In this document: piece by piece, positions 58,223 through 64,000 of the stretch | How positions within the stretch are numbered: the stretch's first letter is position 1 | Layout of the letters: each line of letters opens with the position of its first letter | DNA from: Eubacteriales bacterium | GTDB taxonomy: Bacteria > Bacillota > Clostridia > Oscillospirales > CAG-272 | Assembly (NCBI GenBank): GCA_045660325.1 | Contig: JAZRDO010000019.1 | Span: 496-64,495 of the forward strand | Direction of reading: 5' to 3' | Length of the DNA: 64,000 bases | The notes under the pieces: generated by a model | Told to the model about the DNA's origin: nothing | Database searches by the model: none | What the model saw: only the letters and a program-made list of their open reading frames with translations | Program-made: the position numbers and the translations under genes

Positions 58223-58984
58223 TCAAATGCGGGTCGCAAGCTCCTTAGCAACTGCAAGATATTCAACCGCGCCCTTGCACTTCTTGTCGTGGTAATATAC
58301 GGGCATACCAAAGCCGGGAGCCTCGGAAACCTTTACGCCACGGGTAATTTTTGTCTCAAAAAGTCTATCGGAATAGTGCTTTTTAAGCTCGTTTACTACC
58401 TGCATAGAAAGAAGAAGTCTTCCGTTGTACATCGTGATTAAAAGACCCGTGATGTTAAGACCAGGATTGAAGTTTGTCTTGATCTTGTTGATAGTAACAG
58501 TAAGCTGAGACAAGCCCTCAAGCGCATAGAATTCACACTGCATGGGGATAACTACGCCGTCGCTTGCTACCATAGAGTTAACGGTAAGCATAGAAAGTGA
58601 GGGCGGGCAGTCAATGATTATGTAATCGTAATTGTCCTTAATAGGTGCTAAAGCATCCTTGATGATGCGCTCGTTGCCGCCATCCTCGTAAAGATTGTAT
58701 TCCGCGCCCGCCAAAGCAATATTTGCGGGAATAAGATCAAGATTCTGGTATTCGGTGGTGCGAATAGCATCCTTTGCTGCCACATCACCCAAAATTACGT
58801 CATTAATGCTTGCTTTCAAGCCTTTTTTAGAAATTCCAACGCCGCTTGTCGCATTACCCTGGGGGTCAAGGTCAATAAGAAGCACCTTGTGTCCCAAAAT
58901 TCCAAGAGAAGCCGCAACGTTTACCGCAGAGGTGGTCTTACCAACGCCACCCTTTTGGTTACAAAAAGAGATAATCTTTCCCAA
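58223..58984 (-). CDS. parA: chromosome partitioning ATPase ParA/Soj
   Basis: Deviant Walker A NQKGGVGKTT. Start taken as TTG 58984, 8 nt after GGAGG (MGKIISFCNQKGG). Confidence 0.95.
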   Translation of the reverse strand: MGKIISFCNQKGGVGKTTSAVNVAASLGILGHKVLLIDLDPQGNATSGVGISKKGLKASINDVILGDVAAKDAIRTTEYQNLDLIPANIALAGAEYNLYEDGGNERIIKDALAPIKDNYDYIIIDCPPSLSMLTVNSMVASDGVVIPMQCEFYALEGLSQLTVTINKIKTNFNPGLNITGLLITMYNGRLLLSMQVVNELKKHYSDRLFETKITRGVKVSEAPGFGMPVYYHDKKCKGAVEYLAVAKELATRI

Positions 58985-59107
58985 AACTAGTTCCTCCGAT
59001 AAGATTTTAAAGTTTACCGATATAATTATACAACACAATTTTAAAATTTTCAATAGTGTTTTATAAAAAACTTACACTTTTTGCAAAATTTTTGCCTCAA
59101 AATTAAC

Positions 59108-59123
59108 TGTTTCACGCGAAACA
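59108..59123. other. parS: parS site 1 (TGTTTCACGCGAAACA, one mismatch)
   Basis: Matches the Bacillus-type parS palindrome TGTTNCACGTGAAACA. Confidence 0.8.
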
Positions 59124-59157
59124 GTGTCCGTTAGCTGCACAAACCGTCCCGTCCGAG

Positions 59158-59173
59158 TGTTTCACGTGAAACA
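59158..59173. other. parS: parS site 2 (TGTTTCACGTGAAACA)
   Basis: Perfect 16-bp palindrome. Confidence 0.9.
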
Positions 59174-59196
59174 TCTTTGGTGGGGGGTACGACATT

Positions 59197-59212
59197 TGTT
59201 TCACGTGAAACA
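59197..59212. other. parS: parS site 3 (TGTTTCACGTGAAACA)
   Basis: Perfect 16-bp palindrome. Confidence 0.9.
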
Positions 59213-59234
59213 TTCAAGGGGGGAGTGCGGCATT

Positions 59235-59250
59235 TATTTCACGTGAAACA
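59235..59250. other. parS: parS site 4 (TATTTCACGTGAAACA, one mismatch)
   Basis: One mismatch at position 2. Confidence 0.8.
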
Positions 59251-59271
59251 TTTAGGGGGCGGTACGGTGTT

Positions 59272-59287
59272 TGTTTCACGTGAAACA
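59272..59287. other. parS: parS site 5 (TGTTTCACGTGAAACA)
   Basis: Perfect 16-bp palindrome. Confidence 0.9.
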
Positions 59288-59316
59288 TCATACGAAGATC
59301 CCAAGCCCAAAAACAT

Positions 59317-59332
59317 TGTTTCACGTGAAACA
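59317..59332. other. parS: parS site 6 (TGTTTCACGTGAAACA)
   Basis: Perfect 16-bp palindrome abutting the rsmG terminator. Confidence 0.9.
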
Positions 59333-59358
59333 AAAAGAGCCGCGAATCGCGGCTCTTT
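59331..59358 (-). terminator. terminator after rsmG
   Basis: AGAGCCGCG-AAT-CGCGGCTCT hairpin followed by a T-run on the minus strand that overlaps parS site 6. Confidence 0.75.
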
Positions 59359-59363
59359 GAGGT

Positions 59364-60092
59364 TTAAAGCGGTTTATTCTTTATTTGACCGAACTTTCTC
59401 GGATAATTTGAGGGGGTTCTAGATGTCTTTTCAATGATAATCACACCTCTTTGGTTGATTTCCTCGCCATCAGTAAGATCTAATACAAGATTAGAAGAAA
59501 CCGTACCGCCAAGCTTTTTGATACCGTTCTGAGCTTCATCAAGCTCGTCCTGTGCCTGCGCGCCCTTCATTGCAATAAATTTACCGCCAATCTTTACGTA
59601 GGGGATAGTCAATTCGGAGAGCATATTAAGTCTTGCAACCGCACGGCTCGTCGCGAAATCAAAGCTTTCGCGTCTACCTTCAATAAATTCCTCCGCTCTT
59701 GCGGAAATCGCGTTAACGTTGGCAAGTCCAAGCTGGCGAGCTGTAGAATTTACGAAGTCTATCTTCTTTGTAGTACTGTCAATTGCGGTAATTTTAAGGT
59801 TTTTTCTTGCAATTGCAAGAGGAATTGTCGGAAAACCGCCGCCGCATCCTATATCTATCAAGGAAAATTCGCCATCGGGTATCAAGTCAGCAATTAAGAG
59901 ACAATCAGCGAAATGCTTAACGACAGCATCCTTCGCGTCGAGAATTCTCGTTACGTTCATGACCTTATTTGACTCAATAAGTATATTGTAAAACTCGTAA
60001 AACTTTGCGCAAAAGTCATTGTTTATATATCTTTCAAGCTTGTTTTTGCTCAAAATTTCATTATATAATAAGGAAAATTCATTATAATTCAT
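59364..60092 (-). CDS. rsmG: 16S rRNA (guanine527-N7)-methyltransferase RsmG
   Basis: SAM-binding DIGCGGGFPTIPLAI and gene context next to mnmG. Confidence 0.9.
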   Translation of the reverse strand: MNYNEFSLLYNEILSKNKLERYINNDFCAKFYEFYNILIESNKVMNVTRILDAKDAVVKHFADCLLIADLIPDGEFSLIDIGCGGGFPTIPLAIARKNLKITAIDSTTKKIDFVNSTARQLGLANVNAISARAEEFIEGRRESFDFATSRAVARLNMLSELTIPYVKIGGKFIAMKGAQAQDELDEAQNGIKKLGGTVSSNLVLDLTDGEEINQRGVIIIEKTSRTPSNYPRKFGQIKNKPL

Positions 60093-60102
60093 ATCTATCT
60101 CC

Positions 60103-61986
60103 TTATCTTATGCCCAAATATATCAGAAGGACGGAAATATCGGCAGGACTTACGCCACTAATACGGGATGCCTGACCAATGGTTAATGGCTTGATATTAT
60201 TAAGCTTTTGCGCCGCTTCAAGTCGCAAGCCAAGAATTTTCGTATAATCAAGGTCGGGGGAGAGCGCCTTTGCTTCAAGTCGCGAAAGCTTTGCCACCTC
60301 GCCAAGCTGTCTTTTTACGTATCCGGCATATTTTATATCAGTTGACGCCGTAAGAGAGACGCTCTTCGGAAGCTTCGGACGGTTGATATCAACTTCGGCA
60401 ATTTTATCGTAATCAAGATCAGGTCTGCGGAGCAGATCTGCCATTGAAACTCCCGATTTTGCGCCGTCCATTCCTTGTTTTATAAGGAATTCCGTAGCTT
60501 TTTCCTTAGAAATACGGGTATTTTCAAGTCGTTCCTTTTCCGCCTCAACGAGAGCCATTTTTGTTTCAAACGCATCCTTTTGAGCATCGGATACCAGTCC
60601 GCAGCGAATTGCGATGGGGGTAAGTCGCGCATCGGTGTTGTCCTGACGAAGCAAAAGTCTATATTCCGAGCGCGAAGTCATCATTCTATAAGGCTCATTA
60701 GTGCCTTTTGTGGTAAGATCGTCGATCAAAGTACCGATATAGCTTGAAGAACGCTCAAGAATCATAGGCTCTTCGCCCTTTATCTTCAAAGCGGCGTTTG
60801 CACCCGCAACCAAGCCCTGCGCGCCCGCTTCTTCGTATCCCGAGGTGCCATTAAACTGTCCTGCGCCGTAAAGTCCCGATATTTTCTTGAATTCAAGCGT
60901 AGGATAAAGCTGCAAGGGATCGGCGCAATCGTATTCAATTGCATACGCGTAGCGCATAATTTCCGCATTTTCAAAGCCTTTTAAGGATCTGAGCATTAAA
61001 TATTGCACGTCTGTGGGCAAGGAAGTCGAAAATCCCTGAATGTACATCTCATCGGTGTCGTATCCCATGGGCTCAACGAAGAGCTGATGACGCTCCTTAT
61101 CGGCAAAACGTTTGATCTTATCCTCAATTGAAGGACAATATCTCGGGCCCCTACCGTGTATCTGACCCGAATACATAGCGGATTTCTTTATATTTTCTCT
61201 AATAATTCTATGGGTTTCGGCATTTGTATATACGATATGGCAAGGAGTTTGCTCGCAACCGTCATAATACGCCTCGTCAGTTGCCCAGGAGAAAGGCAAA
61301 AAGCCGTCTTCACCGTCCTGACGCTCTAAAACGTCAAGATTTATAGTAGATCTCTTGACTCTGGCGGGTGTGCCGGTCTTAAATCGCATAATTTTGATGC
61401 CGTTTTCCACAAGCGACTCAGTAAGAGCGTTTGCAGGAAGCATTCCGTCGGGCCCTGCGCTGTAATTTTTGTCACCGACAAAAATTCTACCAGCAAGATG
61501 TGTTCCCGTTGCCAGAATGACCGCATCACACTCCCATTCCTCGCCAAGATGTGTACGAACACCCAAAATGCGCTTTTCGTAGGAGCTGTCGTATATATTT
61601 TCTGTTAAAATGTCCGTAATTTCCGCCTGAACTATGCGAAGATTCTCTTTATTCTCAAGGGATTTCTTCATAAGTCGGCTATATTTAACTCTATCCGCCT
61701 GAACGCGCTTTGAGTGTACCGCCGCGCCCTTTCCGAGATTGAGCGTGCGGGACTGCATCGTTACAAGGTCGGCAATTCTACCCATCTCGCCGCCCATAGC
61801 GTCGATCTCATAGACGAGATGTCCCTTTGCCGTGCCGCCGATCGAGGGGTTGCAAGGCATATTGGCGATCGCATCGAGTGACTGAGTAAACAATACCGTA
61901 TCAAGTCCCATTCTTGCCGCCGCGCAAGCCGCCTCAACACCCGCGTGTCCTGCGCCGACTACGGCAACCTTTGTCTTTAAATTCAT
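60103..61986 (-). CDS. mnmG: tRNA uridine 5-carboxymethylaminomethyl modification enzyme MnmG
   Basis: FAD motif VVGAGHAGVEAA and conserved PCNPSIGG and GQINGTSGYEEAA-like (GQFNGTSGYEEAG) motifs. Confidence 0.95.
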   Translation of the reverse strand: MNLKTKVAVVGAGHAGVEAACAAARMGLDTVLFTQSLDAIANMPCNPSIGGTAKGHLVYEIDAMGGEMGRIADLVTMQSRTLNLGKGAAVHSKRVQADRVKYSRLMKKSLENKENLRIVQAEITDILTENIYDSSYEKRILGVRTHLGEEWECDAVILATGTHLAGRIFVGDKNYSAGPDGMLPANALTESLVENGIKIMRFKTGTPARVKRSTINLDVLERQDGEDGFLPFSWATDEAYYDGCEQTPCHIVYTNAETHRIIRENIKKSAMYSGQIHGRGPRYCPSIEDKIKRFADKERHQLFVEPMGYDTDEMYIQGFSTSLPTDVQYLMLRSLKGFENAEIMRYAYAIEYDCADPLQLYPTLEFKKISGLYGAGQFNGTSGYEEAGAQGLVAGANAALKIKGEEPMILERSSSYIGTLIDDLTTKGTNEPYRMMTSRSEYRLLLRQDNTDARLTPIAIRCGLVSDAQKDAFETKMALVEAEKERLENTRISKEKATEFLIKQGMDGAKSGVSMADLLRRPDLDYDKIAEVDINRPKLPKSVSLTASTDIKYAGYVKRQLGEVAKLSRLEAKALSPDLDYTKILGLRLEAAQKLNNIKPLTIGQASRISGVSPADISVLLIYLGIR

Positions 61987-62028
61987 AATAATTCCTTATT
62001 TCATAAGGAAAACTCACGTTTTCCCGGA

Positions 62029-63270
62029 TTATTCAACCTTATTAAGATAAGCCTTCTGCTCCTCTGTAAGAGCGTCAATTTCAACACCAAGTGTCTCAAG
62101 CTTGATTCTTGCAACCTCGCTATCGATCTCTACGGGTACGGCATAAACCTTCTTCTCGAGCTTGCCGCGGTTCTTCGCAAGATATTCAAGAGACTTTGCC
62201 TGAATAGCGAAGCTCATATCCATAATTTCCGCGGGATGTCCGTTGCCTGCCGCAAGATTTACGAGTCTGCCCTCCGCGAGAAGATTGATAACTCTGCCGT
62301 CAGCCATTGTATAGCCTACGATATTGGGCTTTCTTGTCTCAATCTTCGTAGCCATAGCCGAAAGATGATTTTTGTTGATCTCCACATCAAAATGACCGCT
62401 GTTTGCAAGAAGAACACCGTCCTTCATAACAGCAAAATGTCTGTCAACGATAATATCGGAGCAGCCTGTAAGCGTTACGAAGAGGTCTCCGAGAGGTGCC
62501 GCCTTGTCCATAGTCATAACGGTATAGCCCTCCATTACCGCTTCAATTGCCTTTACAGGATCAATTTCAGTAATAATTACGTTGGCGCCCATACCCTTTG
62601 CTCTCATAGCGAGACCCTTACCGCACCAACCAAAGCCTGCGATAACAACGGTTTTGCCTGCGATCATAAGGTTTGTGGAGTTCATAATGCCGTCGAGTGT
62701 GGACTGACCTGTTCCGTATCTATTATCGAACAAATGTTTGCAATCCGCGTCGTTTACGTCAATCATAGTGTAGTCGAGAAGACCTGCATCCTGACGTGCG
62801 AAGAGGCGGTGAATACCCGTTGTTGTTTCCTCGCATCCGCCGATAAGATTCTTGCCGAGCTCTCTGCATTCACCGTGAAGGAGACCAATAAAGTCGCCGC
62901 CGTCGTCAATAATAAGATCGGGGCAATGCGCGAGAGTTTCCTTTAAGTCGTTTACGTATTCCTCCTCGGTTGCGCCGTGGTGAGCGTTTACGCAAAAGCC
63001 GTCCGCCGCAAGAGAAGCCGCAACGTCGTCCTGAGTGGAAAGGGGATTGCAGCCCGTAACTCTTACGGTAGCACCACCTGCGCGAAGACAATGCGCAAGA
63101 CGCGCGGTCTTTGCCTCAAGATGAATTGACATCGATATTTTAAGACCCGCAAAGGGCTGTGTTTCAATAAATTCCTTTTCAATTCTGTCCAAGATCGGCA
63201 TATAGGATCTTACCCAGTTGATCTTGTCAGTTCCCGACGGAGCCAACGTGATATCTTTGATATTGCTCAT
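62029..63270 (-). CDS. ahcY: adenosylhomocysteinase
   Basis: CNPLSTQDDVAA, NAD-binding GFGWCGKG, HFDVEI. Start ATG 63270 is preceded by AGGAGAG. Confidence 0.9.
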   Translation of the reverse strand: MSNIKDITLAPSGTDKINWVRSYMPILDRIEKEFIETQPFAGLKISMSIHLEAKTARLAHCLRAGGATVRVTGCNPLSTQDDVAASLAADGFCVNAHHGATEEEYVNDLKETLAHCPDLIIDDGGDFIGLLHGECRELGKNLIGGCEETTTGIHRLFARQDAGLLDYTMIDVNDADCKHLFDNRYGTGQSTLDGIMNSTNLMIAGKTVVIAGFGWCGKGLAMRAKGMGANVIITEIDPVKAIEAVMEGYTVMTMDKAAPLGDLFVTLTGCSDIIVDRHFAVMKDGVLLANSGHFDVEINKNHLSAMATKIETRKPNIVGYTMADGRVINLLAEGRLVNLAAGNGHPAEIMDMSFAIQAKSLEYLAKNRGKLEKKVYAVPVEIDSEVARIKLETLGVEIDALTEEQKAYLNKVE

Positions 63271-63559
63271 TTTTTCTCTCCTGATATATAAATTTTTATT
63301 TAACCGTTTAAAGCGGGAAGGGAGCTGAATGCTCGCCATATCTCCCCATTATATTGTAACAAAAAAAGCATTCGGAGTCAAGTATTTTACTGAATATTTG
63401 AATAAATACCGAGAAAAAATACGCGAAAACGTAAAAAACTCTTATAATATATACTATATAATATTATATGTTCATTAACAGTTTACAATTGGATGATATA
63501 ATTATAAAATGTTAAAGTATGCTTATTTTAAGCAAAATCAAAAGGTAGGTTTTCTTCTG

Positions 63560-64000
63560 ATGATCATAATTGAAAATCTTGTAAAAAATTACGGAAATAA
63601 CACGGCGCTTGACAACGTCAGCGTTTCTATAGGTGACGGCGAGACCGTCGGCTTCTTGGGACCGAACGGAGCAGGCAAGAGCACCGCTATGAATATAATC
63701 ACAGGCTATCTTTCCGCGACCTCGGGCAGAGTCGCTATAGACGAGATCGATATTTTAAACGATCCCTTGGGCGCAAAGAAGCTTATCGGCTACCTCCCCG
63801 AGCAGCCGCCCCTCTATCTTGATATGACGGTTGACGAATATCTTAATTTTAATTACGATCTCAAGGGCTGCACCTTCCCGAGAGCCCCACATCTCAACGA
63901 AATTTGTGAGGTGGTGAAGATCTCGGACGTAAGAAAACGACTCATTCGCAATCTTTCAAAGGGATACAAGCAAAGAGTAGGTATCGCGCAGGCGCTTATC
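63560..64000 (+). CDS. ABC transporter ATP-binding protein, 3'-truncated by window edge
   Basis: Not in the ORF track because no stop is reached. Translation gives MIIIENLVKNYGNNTALDNVSVSIGDGETVGFLGPNGAGKST (Walker A) ... LSKGYKQRVGIAQAL (ABC signature). Confidence 0.85.
   Translation, partial: MIIIENLVKNYGNNTALDNVSVSIGDGETVGFLGPNGAGKSTAMNIITGYLSATSGRVAIDEIDILNDPLGAKKLIGYLPEQPPLYLDMTVDEYLNFNYDLKGCTFPRAPHLNEICEVVKISDVRKRLIRNLSKGYKQRVGIAQALI

Noticed and set aside
63271-63340. Possible SAH or SAM-type riboswitch in the ahcY leader.
   Set aside because: Only a simple GGGAG...CTCCC hairpin is visible. None of the SAH-riboswitch conserved blocks that I recall are present.

Overview
This window looks like origin-proximal chromosome from a Firmicutes/Clostridia-type bacterium. 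The clues are a dockerin-bearing protein, an SleB-type spore-cortex hydrolase, S-box/FMN/ZTP riboswitches and Bacillus-type parS sites. About 85% is housekeeping and almost all of it is on the minus strand: nth, hemW, lepA, pgsA, uppP, pepD, mreB, comFC, recD2, metK, tuf-fusA-rpsG-rpsL-rpoC-rpoB, ymdB, mnmE-jag-yidC-yidD-rnpA-rpmH, holA, serS-parB-parA, rsmG-mnmG and ahcY. The accessory content is two paralogous secreted lipoproteins, an LRR surface protein and a low-GC orphan gene. No transposase, integrase, CRISPR array or recognisable defence gene was seen.

The most unusual locus is 7.5-8.7 kb. Convergent tRNA-Gln(CUG) and tRNA-Arg(CCG) genes bracket about 1 kb holding five structured repeat units.
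- Each unit starts with the reverse complement of the neighbouring tRNA's T-arm.
- Each contains a covarying helix that encloses a promoter-like spacer.
- Most end in a copy of that tRNA's 3' end.
- Each is followed by its own bidirectional intrinsic terminator.
I cannot match this architecture to any described element.

Other points:
- Six parS sites lie in a 225-bp tandem array between parA and rsmG.
- lepA has an in-frame TAA at a conserved Lys codon.
- comFC has a homopolymer frameshift.
- rpmH is not next to dnaA, and a DnaA-box-like motif cluster lies 2.7 kb away.
- A structured 230-nt region ending in a terminator lies upstream of the dockerin gene.

All calls come from reading the sequence and recalling motifs; no searches or folding programs were run.
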